Virus record (IMG/VR): IMGVR_UViG_3300027965_000203
Location: 1-61,843 of that record
From: a virus
Taxonomy: Duplodnaviria > Caudoviricetes
Strand: one strand, 5' to 3'
Length of the DNA: 61,843 nt
Positions 9,320-17,450 of the stretch are shown piece after piece. The notes under the pieces were generated by a model. That model had not been told where the DNA came from. It saw only the letters and a list, made by a program, of their open reading frames with translations, and ran no database searches. The translations under genes and the position numbers were made by a program. The first letter of the stretch is position 1; each line of letters opens with the position of its first letter.

Positions 9320-9541
9320 TCAGTGCAGTCGATCGGCAAGGATGCCCAGCATCAGGATTGCGGCCATCAGCAGATAGGCAATGAGGCGGATATCTTGCCG
9401 GGCCTGCAGCAGCGCCACGCGCGCGTCCTCGTCCGAAATCTCGCCATAGGCGCCGCGGTCGCGGGTGTTCGCGCGATTGGAAACGGCGGCGACGATCGCG
9501 ATGAGAATGACTGCGCAGATCGTAAATGCCGGATAGTTCAT
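9320..9541 (-). CDS. Small two-TM membrane protein co-transcribed with the repressor (possible exclusion factor)
   Basis: Two hydrophobic helices; start overlaps the repressor stop. Confidence 0.65.
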   Translation of the reverse strand: MNYPAFTICAVILIAIVAAVSNRANTRDRGAYGEISDEDARVALLQARQDIRLIAYLLMAAILMLGILADRLH

Positions 9542-9840
9542 GGCTTTTTGATCAGCCGTCGCACGATGTCGACGGAGGTCTCGAAGGTGGCCTGGTCGAC
9601 GTCCTTCAGCATGGCATCGACGCTCGGCCGATCGGGCGGGCGGTACAAATCCTCGGGTTCGACGCCGATCGCGTGGGCAAGCTCGGCGATCTTTTTGGGA
9701 TTAAGCCGATGCTGCTCGGTGCGCCGGCGCCAGATGGTCTCGCGGGCTACACCTAGGATTTCCCCGACCTTTTCGTCGGAGAGCCCGCGAGCCTGCATGT
9801 GCTCCTGAATGTAGAGGTAGCCGCGCGGACGTGTTGCCAT
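9538..9840 (-). CDS. CI-like HTH repressor (100 aa, no S24 peptidase domain)
   Basis: Start moved to ATG 9840; GLSDEKVGEILGVARETIWR HTH; divergent from the cro-like gene across operators. Confidence 0.8.
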   Translation of the reverse strand: MATRPRGYLYIQEHMQARGLSDEKVGEILGVARETIWRRRTEQHRLNPKKIAELAHAIGVEPEDLYRPPDRPSVDAMLKDVDQATFETSVDIVRRLIKKP

Positions 9841-9928
9841 GTTGGTAATGCTAGTCCGCGCCGCCGGCCGGGTCGTTTGCCGGCTCGGCAACAAGGTTCT
9901 TGACGTGGCTGTTGCCGATTTGGTAACA
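9832..9928. promoter_or_regulatory. Right operators and PR-like promoter
   Basis: Three 19-bp sites related to TGTTRCCG-N3-CGGYAACA at 9832-9850, 9875-9893 and 9910-9928; TTGACG at 9900-9905 upstream of the cro-like gene. Confidence 0.8.
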
Positions 9929-9937
9929 GAGGCGTCC

Positions 9938-10162
9938 ATGACCCTAGCTCCGCTTACGGCGCTTAAGGACTGGCGCGAACAGCAAAATCCGCCGCTGACG
10001 CAGTCGCAGGCAGCGCGGCGAATCGGCGTCTCGCGCGCCGCGTGGTCGCGGTGGGAGGCGGGGCGCCGCAAGGTCCAAGGCGATCTGGTGCCGAAGGTCG
10101 CGAAGAAGACCGGGATCCCGAAGGAGCGGCTTCGCCCGGACCTCGTCGAGCTGCTGTCGTGA
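9938..10162 (+). CDS. Cro-like HTH regulator
   Basis: LTQSQAARRIGVSRAAWSRWEAGRRK...LRPDL; ATG 9938 after GAGG. Confidence 0.85.
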   Translation: MTLAPLTALKDWREQQNPPLTQSQAARRIGVSRAAWSRWEAGRRKVQGDLVPKVAKKTGIPKERLRPDLVELLS

Positions 10163-10164
10163 CT

Positions 10165-10437
10165 TTATTGCAGCAAGGACGTGAGGTGCTCGACCGCTCC
10201 CGAGACGAGCGCCTGCAGAACTGCCGCGATAGGACCAAGACGCCCCAGGTTGGTCACGGCTTCGAATTTGATCTCGCGCTCGTTGGCGCTCTCGTCCCCT
10301 GGCAGACGTCGATCCTTGAAAAAGAAGAGCCGTACACTTCCGCCCCCCAAGTCCAGGACTTCTACTCCATCCACCCAAGCTTCCGGTACCGGCCCGACCT
10401 CCACGAGAGGCGGGCGTTCTGGCGACGCCCTTCCCAT
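10165..10437 (-). CDS. Hypothetical protein, convergent with cro
   Basis: Globular-looking ORF (EAWVDGVEVLDLGGGSVRLFFF); start uncertain. Confidence 0.5.
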   Translation of the reverse strand: MGRASPERPPLVEVGPVPEAWVDGVEVLDLGGGSVRLFFFKDRRLPGDESANEREIKFEAVTNLGRLGPIAAVLQALVSGAVEHLTSLLQ

Positions 10438-10683
10438 TCCGCACTCCCACGCACACTTTTGGTCTTGCGGCCGGTAGTATCTCACAGTGCAGCGGATGCG
10501 CGCTACAACTGTTCGTTATGCGACACGCGGAGCCGATCTCGCCGTGCATGCCCAGCCCGCGCAAAATTCGGCAGTCTCGCTGACGTTTCACCAACATCGC
10601 ACCGCTCAACGTTCGCGCCTCATGCGCGCGGGCGGGATTCGGGGTGCCTGTCAAGCAGGAGTCGAGTCGGAACCCGCCGCGCC

Positions 10684-10709
10684 TGTGGATAAGCGGCGCC
10701 TGTGGATAA
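10684..10709 (-). promoter_or_regulatory. Two tandem perfect DnaA boxes
   Basis: TGTGGATAA (TTATCCACA on the minus strand) at 10684-10692 and 10701-10709. Confidence 0.7.
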
Positions 10710-10784
10710 CTCTGCCCGCGTTCGTCGTCGCGTTCGTCCAAGTCACCGCGTGCTGCTCAAGCCCTTCAAATGTCGGGGAAAGCC

Positions 10785-10898
10785 ATGCTCACGCGCGACG
10801 ATCTGATCGCGGTCTACCGAATTCTCGGGTTTGCGCTCGCCGCGATGATCCTCATCGACGGCGGCACGATCGCGGCGCAGTCGGCCGGGCTCTTCTGA
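10785..10898 (+). CDS. 37-aa hydrophobic peptide
   Basis: Read manually: MLTRDDLIAVYRILGFALAAMILIDGGTIAAQSAGLF, preceded by GGGGAAAG; below the ORF track cutoff. Confidence 0.4.
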   Translation: MLTRDDLIAVYRILGFALAAMILIDGGTIAAQSAGLF

Positions 10899-11027
10899 GT
10901 GAGAGCAGCTCGACCACGGCTCGCGATCCGGCGGCCGGCGCCGTGCGAAGGCGCGGCCACTTTCGCCGCCATGATCGCAGCGCATGCTGGAAATCCGAAA
11001 TGCTGCGGAGCGTTGCCCGCATCGCAT

Positions 11028-11218
11028 GTCACGCGTGACTCTTGCAATGTCACGCGTGACAGCGTGACTCACGCCGTGACAGGCGTGACGTCACGCCCAT
11101 ACTATACGTATACGAGACCTTTTTTTTCTTCGCGCAGATCGCGCTTGCGGCGCGGCCCAAAGGGGCTTAGCGAGGGAAGAGGTCCCCGGCTCCGAGCCCC
11201 TGCACAGTCACACGTGAC
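11028..11218. repeat. GTCAC/GTGAC iteron cluster (putative phage replication origin)
   Basis: GTCACGCGTGAC at 11028-11039 and 11049-11060, further CGTGAC/GTCACG copies to ~11095, a T-run near 11120, GTCACACGTGAC at 11207-11218; one more copy at 11692-11703. Confidence 0.65.
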
Positions 11219-11236
11219 AGCATCAAGGGTGCGGCC

Positions 11237-12109
11237 ATGAGCGAGAAATCGCCATCGCCGCCGCGGAAGCGCATGCCGGGACCGTGGCATTGCGTCTACA
11301 ACGACTTCGTCGGGCATCCGAAGTGGCGCCGCGTCGCCAACATGAGCGGCGTGCACCTCGCCTTCGTACACACGATCGTGCAGGCGCACTTTCAGGCCGC
11401 TGCCAAGGCGAAGAAGGACGGCTGGATCGGCAATTTCAATAGCGAAGATTGCGCGGCCGCGACCGACATTCCGTCCGACGACGTCGCAAAGGTGTGCCGC
11501 GCGCTGCGCGTCATCGGCTGGATCATCGACGACTATATCGTCGACTGGGCGGAGCATCAGCCGTTCAAGCCGGACGCGAGCGCGGCCGATCGCCAGCGCA
11601 ACAAGCGCGCGCGCGACAAGGCGGCCGAGCGCGCCGCCATGGGTCTTGCATCGACCGAAGAGGTCGCCGCGCTCGAGCAGCTCGCCGAGCTGTCACGCGT
11701 GACGGCCGTGCGCTCCGCCGGACCGAAACCGGTGCGGCAGGTCGTGCCGTTCGAGACGATCGCCTCGGTCGGCAATGCCGAGCTCACTGATCAGGCAAAT
11801 GCCGCGGCTGCCAAGCAGTGGCTGTTCGGTGATGGCAGCGTCTCCGACTTCGGCATGGCGAGCGCGATCATTTCGGAGAACTTCGGCACGAAGCCGCTCT
11901 CCGCCGTCTGGCAGATCGGCCAATGGGCGCAGCGTGTCGACTATGTGTCGCTCGCGACCCTGATCAGCACGCTGCATCTGCGGCGGCTCGACCGCGCGAC
12001 GTTCAAGAACCTTCTGCAGCAGGGGATCGAGAAAGCGGCCGACGAAGGCCGCAACGGCCCGATGCTGCCCAAGCTGCTCGGCGGCGTGCGTGGAGGCAGC
12101 GCCGCATGA
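11237..12109 (+). CDS. Putative phage replication initiator
   Basis: N-terminal W...YNDFVGHPKWRRVA wHTH-like region, DWAEHQP...DASAADRQRNKRAR linker typical of phage Rep; adjacent iterons. Confidence 0.7.
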   Translation: MSEKSPSPPRKRMPGPWHCVYNDFVGHPKWRRVANMSGVHLAFVHTIVQAHFQAAAKAKKDGWIGNFNSEDCAAATDIPSDDVAKVCRALRVIGWIIDDYIVDWAEHQPFKPDASAADRQRNKRARDKAAERAAMGLASTEEVAALEQLAELSRVTAVRSAGPKPVRQVVPFETIASVGNAELTDQANAAAAKQWLFGDGSVSDFGMASAIISENFGTKPLSAVWQIGQWAQRVDYVSLATLISTLHLRRLDRATFKNLLQQGIEKAADEGRNGPMLPKLLGGVRGGSAA

Positions 12110-12230
12110 AATTCCCGGCGTACACACCGCCCACGCCTGAGGGCGGATCAGATCGCCGGGATGAAGCCGCCCCGCGTCGCCGATATCGGTAGCTCGGCGA
12201 CGCGGGGCGCATCAGCCAAGGAGGAGCCGA

Positions 12231-12479
12231 ATGGCTAACACCTACGAAGGCGAGCCCGACGCCCGGCAGAGCGACGACGTCGCCATGCCGACCACGCGCT
12301 TCCGGCCGCGCTATCGCGCGCTCACCGAGGATGAAAAGGCGCTCCATGACGCCATCAAGTCGAAGGCGGACGAGCTCGATGCGCTCTACGCCAAGGTGAA
12401 GCCCGGCCGCTACAACTCGCTCGCCGTCACGTCGCTCGAGCAATCGGTGATGTGGATCATCAAGGAGCTGACGGCTTGA
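12231..12479 (+). CDS. Acb2/Tad1-like cyclic nucleotide sponge (anti-defence)
   Basis: YRALTEDEKALHDAIK...PGRYNSLAVTSLEQSVMWIIK parallels the Acb2 YR.L..EE...PGRW.AI..T...MM pattern; strong RBS AGGAGG. Confidence 0.72.
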   Translation: MANTYEGEPDARQSDDVAMPTTRFRPRYRALTEDEKALHDAIKSKADELDALYAKVKPGRYNSLAVTSLEQSVMWIIKELTA

Positions 12480-12907
12480 TCGAGCCCAAATCCACCGACG
12501 TCGGCCGCCGCGTCGCCTTCATGGTCGGCGAAGAACGCCAGCTCGGCGCGATCGCCGACTTCAACTGCACCTATGTGCACGTGACCTTGCGGGACGGCAG
12601 CACGATCCCGCTGCCGCGCACGCTGCTCGAATGGGCGCAGGAGAACGAGGATCCGCAGATCGAGGCCGATGCGGCCGTGCGGGCAGCGCTCCCGGACGTC
12701 GAGCGCTCCGGGCTCGAGTTCAAGATCGTCGATCGGCGGCGGATCCTGCTGGTCGCCTCCGGCATCGAGGCGATGCCCTGCACCGGCACCTGGTCGGGGC
12801 GAGATGGCGAGGTGAGGTATGGCGGCATCGCCGCGGCGATCGCGGCCGCGCGGGCGATGGCGGCGCCGGCCGAGCAGCTGTCGGCGGAAGAGGGCGAGCC
12901 GGACTGA
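12476..12907 (+). CDS. Phage hypothetical protein
   Basis: TTG start overlapping the upstream stop. Confidence 0.55.
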   Translation: MIEPKSTDVGRRVAFMVGEERQLGAIADFNCTYVHVTLRDGSTIPLPRTLLEWAQENEDPQIEADAAVRAALPDVERSGLEFKIVDRRRILLVASGIEAMPCTGTWSGRDGEVRYGGIAAAIAAARAMAAPAEQLSAEEGEPD

Positions 12908-13155
12908 TGGGCGCGACCTACAAGGGCCATCGGCTCAAGCCGGCACCGTGGTGGCTCTGCCTCCTGCAGCTGCTCGTGCTCGCCCCGATCGCGATCCTGA
13001 TGGCGATCTGCAGCGCCCTGCAGGCAACGGCGCGCGGGATCGAATGGGCGACCCGCGGGCGCGGCTGGGTCAAGCCGTTCGAGCGCGCGTCCGATCACAT
13101 TGAGCTGTGGTGGCATCGGCGGCAGTGTCGACGGATCGATCGCGAGGGCGCCTGA
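12907..13155 (+). CDS. Small membrane protein
   Basis: TGATG coupling; WWLCLLQLLVLAPIAILMAIC TM segment. Confidence 0.55.
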   Translation: MGATYKGHRLKPAPWWLCLLQLLVLAPIAILMAICSALQATARGIEWATRGRGWVKPFERASDHIELWWHRRQCRRIDREGA

Positions 13156-13258
13156 TGCCGGCCGCGCCGAAGCGCCCCTGGACCGTCCCGGAGCTCGCCG
13201 CCGTCGCCGGCACGCTTGGCCCATGGCGACCGAAGCAGGGCGGCCGGCATTGCCGCCC

Positions 13259-13480
13259 ATGATCGAGCCCCTGCGCGGCCAGCGTGGCTTCGATATATCC
13301 TGCACCGGCTGCGGTGTCGTCGAGCGCTTCGCCCTCGAATACGACCGGTTCCTCATCGCGGCGAAGAAGGCCGGCTGGATGATCGGCACGCCACGGGCGG
13401 CACGGGACATCCTCTGCCCGGAGTGCGTCGGCGAGGCGCGAATGCCCAAGCCCCTTCAGGCAGTTGCGCCACCGCCTTGA
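13259..13480 (+). CDS. Small zinc-ribbon protein
   Basis: ISCTGCG...AKKAGW...ILCPECV. Confidence 0.6.
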   Translation: MIEPLRGQRGFDISCTGCGVVERFALEYDRFLIAAKKAGWMIGTPRAARDILCPECVGEARMPKPLQAVAPPP

Positions 13481-13614
13481 ACTTCAGCATTCACTTTGCC
13501 TTCACGTGAAACATCCTTCTACGTGGTCACCCTTAGTTCTCGGGTGCAGCCGGCCTAAGCCGTTGATTGAGGGATAGTTTTTCTATAGATTACCGGCGCA
13601 CGGGGACCAATCCG

Positions 13615-13887
13615 ATGGCCGACGACCAAGCCAGGGAAGGGGCGCTATTCCGCCCCTGGGTGCGCGAGGGCGGCGCCGTCCTGGTGGCCGGCGTCATCGT
13701 CGGGAGGTCTGGCGAGATCGCCCGGGTGCGCATCAACATCGTCGAGGCCCTGGGCGGCTTGGGCGGCGTCGTCCTGCCGATCGCGCTCGATGACCTGCGC
13801 GCGGTCACGGCCACCTGCCTCAACCCGTTGTGCCCGCATGGGCGCATGCAAATGTGGGCTGCGGCCCGGGCCGCAGCGGCGGCGTGA
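13615..13887 (+). CDS. Hypothetical protein
   Basis: ATG after GGGGA; stop overlaps the next GTG start. Confidence 0.45.
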   Translation: MADDQAREGALFRPWVREGGAVLVAGVIVGRSGEIARVRINIVEALGGLGGVVLPIALDDLRAVTATCLNPLCPHGRMQMWAAARAAAAA

Positions 13888-14126
13888 GGTTCTCGGTCGA
13901 CATTGAGACGAATCGTCGGGCGAAGCGCTACGCCCGGTTACGCGCCGTGGTGCTGACCCCGGGCGGCCGCTGGACGGCTCACCGCAAGGCCGATGCCGTC
14001 ATGGCGCTCGCCGGCGGGGTGGTGACGCGGGACGAGCTGCAGGCGACGCACAACGTCACGTCCGCCGAGATCGATGAGTGGCAGCAGGCGGCGCGGCGCT
14101 ACGGTCTACCCAAGACGGTCCGTTAA
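13884..14126 (+). CDS. SciP/DUF1153-like protein (CtrA inhibitor family)
   Basis: RWTAHRKADAVMALAGGVVTRDELQATHNVTSAEIDEWQQAARRYG follows the RW...RKA.VV.A..GG......Y....EE...W......G pattern of DUF1153. Confidence 0.72.
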   Translation: MRFSVDIETNRRAKRYARLRAVVLTPGGRWTAHRKADAVMALAGGVVTRDELQATHNVTSAEIDEWQQAARRYGLPKTVR

Positions 14127-14201
14127 TCCTTCGACCCTTAATCCGTTGCCGAAAACCTCACCTGCGCGCTCAATCCTCCCTGACGTTTTTCGGGAGGCGT
14201 C

Positions 14202-14390
14202 ATGTCCACCAATCTCGGCATCACCGATCGCGAGCGCGAAGCTGCCTTGCGGCTATGCGCGCGGCTGATCGCCTCGCCCGATGTCGATCGCGAGGTGGCC
14301 CGCCGCGCGACCTGGTTGAAGTGGCGGCTCGAAGGCGAAGAGCCGAAAGAAGACACGCTGACCAAACTCGCTTTGATGCAGAGGGCGTGA
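14202..14390 (+). CDS. Hypothetical protein
   Basis: GGAGG RBS; stop overlaps the next start. Confidence 0.55.
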   Translation: MSTNLGITDREREAALRLCARLIASPDVDREVARRATWLKWRLEGEEPKEDTLTKLALMQRA

Positions 14391-15241
14391 GCGTGCTCGC
14401 GCTCGGGGAGTCGGCCGCGGGGGCGGTCGCGGGAATGGGGAAGGGGCTCGTGGGAAAGAAGAACCGCGAGAAGGCCCGCGCGTCGGACGAAAAGCGTCCC
14501 GGCCATGATGGGCGCTTTCAGGTCGGCACGCGCATCGTCGATGATCCCTATGAGCCCGGCAAGCGCTATGCCGCCGCCGTCAATGTGCGCGAGAGCGCGA
14601 TCGAACACATGGTCTCGCGCGGGCGCCTCAATACCGCGCAGCAGGCCGCATGCGAGCGCTTCCGTAAGATGTGGGAGCTTGCCGCCGTCGGGCGACAGCG
14701 CGGAATCGACATCACGTCGGGCGGCGGTGGCGGCGGCAGCGGGGTCGCCGACCCGATCAGCGATGAGCTGATCCGCGCCGGGCAATTGCTCGCCGGCGCG
14801 ATCCGCGCCGTCGGACCGCGCTACTCGCAATTGTTGATCTCGATCGTCGGGGAAGGCGCGCTGATCCGCGATGTGGCGCGCCGCTGGGCCGGCGCCGGCG
14901 GCATCGTCAAGGGACGCCAGGCCGCCGAGGGCTACATCACCGGCACGCTGATCGATGCAATCGACGAGCTGGTCCGGACGTGGCGCCTGGTTGGAACCGG
15001 CCGCGAGCAGCTGCAGGAAGCGCACTACACGCGCAACGGAGTTGCGGTCGTGGTTAACGACGATATCCGCGCAAGCGGGCCAATGACTTACACGGGACCG
15101 GCATTCGAAATCCAGGTCGGAAAATTCGGCGACGTGACGCGCGAGGCGAAAAGGCCCTTGACCAACGTGACATTGACGGAGCAGTCTTCGGGCAATCTCG
15201 GAAGTCGTGCGCGTGGGCGCAGGCAGCGAGGCCAATCCTAA
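14387..15241 (+). CDS. DUF6456-like late-gene activator/antiterminator
   Basis: NVRESAIEHMVSRGRLNTAQQAACERFRKMWELA...GPRYSQLLISIVGEG; occupies the Q-like position before the late genes; start 14387 (GTG) or 14435 (ATG). Confidence 0.65.
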   Translation: MSVLALGESAAGAVAGMGKGLVGKKNREKARASDEKRPGHDGRFQVGTRIVDDPYEPGKRYAAAVNVRESAIEHMVSRGRLNTAQQAACERFRKMWELAAVGRQRGIDITSGGGGGGSGVADPISDELIRAGQLLAGAIRAVGPRYSQLLISIVGEGALIRDVARRWAGAGGIVKGRQAAEGYITGTLIDAIDELVRTWRLVGTGREQLQEAHYTRNGVAVVVNDDIRASGPMTYTGPAFEIQVGKFGDVTREAKRPLTNVTLTEQSSGNLGSRARGRRQRGQS

Positions 15242-15247
15242 AAATTC

Positions 15248-15448
15248 ATGCGAGCGCAAGCGCGAGTAGACGTCGCGGCCGCGATTATTGGCGGCAAGCG
15301 CACGCCCTGCATCTGTCCGCGGCAGTTCGAGAAGAACGCGCCGATGAGCAGGCCTTTGACCTATAGCACGAGCGGCAACCGCCCGGCGGTGCGCGTCGAA
15401 TGTGAGCGCTGTCTGCGCCAATGGGTCCGGATCGACATAAAGGATTGA
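15248..15448 (+). CDS. Small Cys-containing protein
   Basis: PCIC...ECERC; short ORF, weak support. Confidence 0.35.
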   Translation: MRAQARVDVAAAIIGGKRTPCICPRQFEKNAPMSRPLTYSTSGNRPAVRVECERCLRQWVRIDIKD

Positions 15449-15614
15449 GAAATCCGTCCGCGCCCGCCGACAGACCGTGCGCGCTCGGCCGGCGTGACGC
15501 GCCACCAGGCCCGCGCCAGCGGCTCGGCGATTGCGCCTCCCAAAGGTTGCGCCGGGCCGCCTTATTAACGCGCTGTGAATCTTTGCGGCGCATTCCCCCT
15601 CGCGGGGATGCAAG

Positions 15615-16073
15615 ATGAGCGGTCGCGTATCAGTCACGCTCGCGGACGGCCGGCACGTCGTCGGCTACAGGAAGACGTTACGCCGTAACGCTCGCCGCAC
15701 GCCGCAAGAGCGCCGCCGCGCGCTGCTCGCCGAGCATATGAAGCCGGCGGGCGAAGAGCTGCAGGTCGGTTTCTGTTTCGTGTTGCCGGGATCGATCGCG
15801 CCGTTCACGGCGCCTGGCCGCCACGGCATCGGCGTGCTGGTGACCAAGACCGACCACATGGTGGTGCTCGGCAAGTCGAGCGACCACTGCCTTTACCTGA
15901 TTCGCGCCTTCCTGCGCGGCATCGCTGAAGAAAAGCCCGGCTGGTGCGCGGCCGTGACGGTCGCCAGCAATGAACGGCCGGATGCGATCTATGAGCGCCA
16001 TCTCCTGGTGCTCGCCGGCATTCCGGCGCTGTGCAACGGAAACGATCCGCCGAAGTGGTGTGAAGCTGCATGA
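15615..16073 (+). CDS. Hypothetical protein
   Basis: 152-aa ORF with ATGA coupling to the next gene. Confidence 0.55.
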   Translation: MSGRVSVTLADGRHVVGYRKTLRRNARRTPQERRRALLAEHMKPAGEELQVGFCFVLPGSIAPFTAPGRHGIGVLVTKTDHMVVLGKSSDHCLYLIRAFLRGIAEEKPGWCAAVTVASNERPDAIYERHLLVLAGIPALCNGNDPPKWCEAA

Positions 16074-16318
16074 ACCGGAGAGCCGAGGCCTCCTTGGCGC
16101 GCTGCCTGCTGGATACGCCGCGCGATGCCGATCGCGTCGGGCGCGTCGCCCGGGCGCCTCAGCGGGAGACCGAGCATCGCCTCGCGGTGCGGCTCGATGA
16201 GCTCGCTTCCCGCATCCGCCGCAACATCCCGCTCGGCTCTGATCCGAGCCGGTTCCACGAAGAGAAGTCCGAGGTCGCACGCGAGATCGCGGCGATTGCG
16301 GATGAGCTGCGGCGATGA
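16070..16318 (+). CDS. Hypothetical protein
   Basis: Coupled ORF; DPSRFHEEKSEV helix. Confidence 0.55.
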   Translation: MNRRAEASLARCLLDTPRDADRVGRVARAPQRETEHRLAVRLDELASRIRRNIPLGSDPSRFHEEKSEVAREIAAIADELRR

Positions 16319-16391
16319 GGCGCTCTGATCTTGCGCGAGCCATCGTCGCGACCCTCGTGCTCGAGGTCCTGTTGATCCTGCTGTTTGCCGG

Positions 16392-16616
16392 ATGGCACCC
16401 GTAATGATCACCGAGTTGCGCCAGCCGCTGCATATGGTCACCCCGAAGGGGCCGGGACGTGCACTATTCGTGATCGATTACGGCCCCGAGAGCAGCCTCG
16501 AATGGGTCGTGTTCCTCGACTCCGACGGCTCGTGTTGGGTCATTCCGAACGCTGAAGCGCGCCTGTTCTGGAATTGGACGGCGGGGCGCAGGCCGCAAAC
16601 TCCGGCCAAAATCTAG
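16392..16616 (+). CDS. Phage hypothetical protein
   Basis: TPKGPGRALFVIDYGPESSLEWVVFLD...CW..PN.E.R...NWT.GR, a recurrent phage small-protein pattern. Confidence 0.7.
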   Translation: MAPVMITELRQPLHMVTPKGPGRALFVIDYGPESSLEWVVFLDSDGSCWVIPNAEARLFWNWTAGRRPQTPAKI

Positions 16617-16723
16617 ATTTTCCGACCACTACGCGCGTCCAGCGCGGGCAATCGGCGCGACGGTCGCCGCAGTTCCACCGTCACAGCGCCGGCCGCGCCG
16701 GTATCTCACTCAGGAGAATTCCC

Positions 16724-17347
16724 ATGAAGCTCAAGCGTCTCTCGGCGCTCGCGGCCACGTGTGTTGTGGCCTTCGGCATCTACGCGGCGAACGCGGCCGG
16801 CCTTTGGTCGACGCTGCCGATCATCGGGGGCGCTTCCTATTGCGCTGCAGTTGTCGGCGCGGGCCCCTCGCAGGCCGGCGTCACCGGGCAGGGCGCCGGC
16901 TCTGTCGGCGGCTCGACCTATTGCGCCCAGACGGTTCCGGCGGGCCCCTCCGTCTTCGCCGGCACCGAGATGGTGCCGCTGGACATCTATACGCCCGGTC
17001 CGCAGGCATCGGCCCCTCCGACCACGGCGCTCGCGAATATCGTACAGCTCGGGCAGGGGCCGATGGTGGACGTGACCTCGCCCGTGACCGCGACCATCCC
17101 GGCGAACACGCCGTTCTATTTCCTCGATGGCGCGCAGGCCTCCGCCTTCACGATCACGATGCCGGCGGCCCCGATCGAGGGCTACATCCAGCGCATCACC
17201 TGCGCGGCCGCGACCGTCGGCGTCCTCACGGTCGCGGCGAACGCCAACCAATCGATCAAGAATAACCCGGCCGCGGCTTGCGTCGCCGGCGTCGGCTACG
17301 CCTGGCGCTATCAGGCGTCGAACACGACTTGGTATCGGTTCCAGTAA
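16724..17347 (+). CDS. Signal-peptide-bearing beta-rich protein (head fibre/decoration-like)
   Basis: ATG 16724 after AGGAG; MKLKRLSALAATCVVAFGIYAANA; C-terminal TITMPAAP.EG...WRYQASNTTWYR fibre-like domain; 4 Cys in the mature part. Confidence 0.7.
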   Translation: MKLKRLSALAATCVVAFGIYAANAAGLWSTLPIIGGASYCAAVVGAGPSQAGVTGQGAGSVGGSTYCAQTVPAGPSVFAGTEMVPLDIYTPGPQASAPPTTALANIVQLGQGPMVDVTSPVTATIPANTPFYFLDGAQASAFTITMPAAPIEGYIQRITCAAATVGVLTVAANANQSIKNNPAAACVAGVGYAWRYQASNTTWYRFQ

Positions 17348-17450
17348 TCCGATTCGGACAAGCTCCGCGGCCGGGGACGCCCGGCTTTGACGGCGCCGCG
17401 GCCCTACCTGCGGCGCGCGTGACGCGGACGTAGCAATGCGAGGGATCGTC

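Noticed and set aside
13490-13505. CtrA box TTCA-N7-TTCAC upstream of the sciP-like unit; also two TTAA at 14123 and 14138
   Set aside because: The first has two mismatches to TTAA-N7-TTAAC and the second pair is spaced 11 nt; too weak to call
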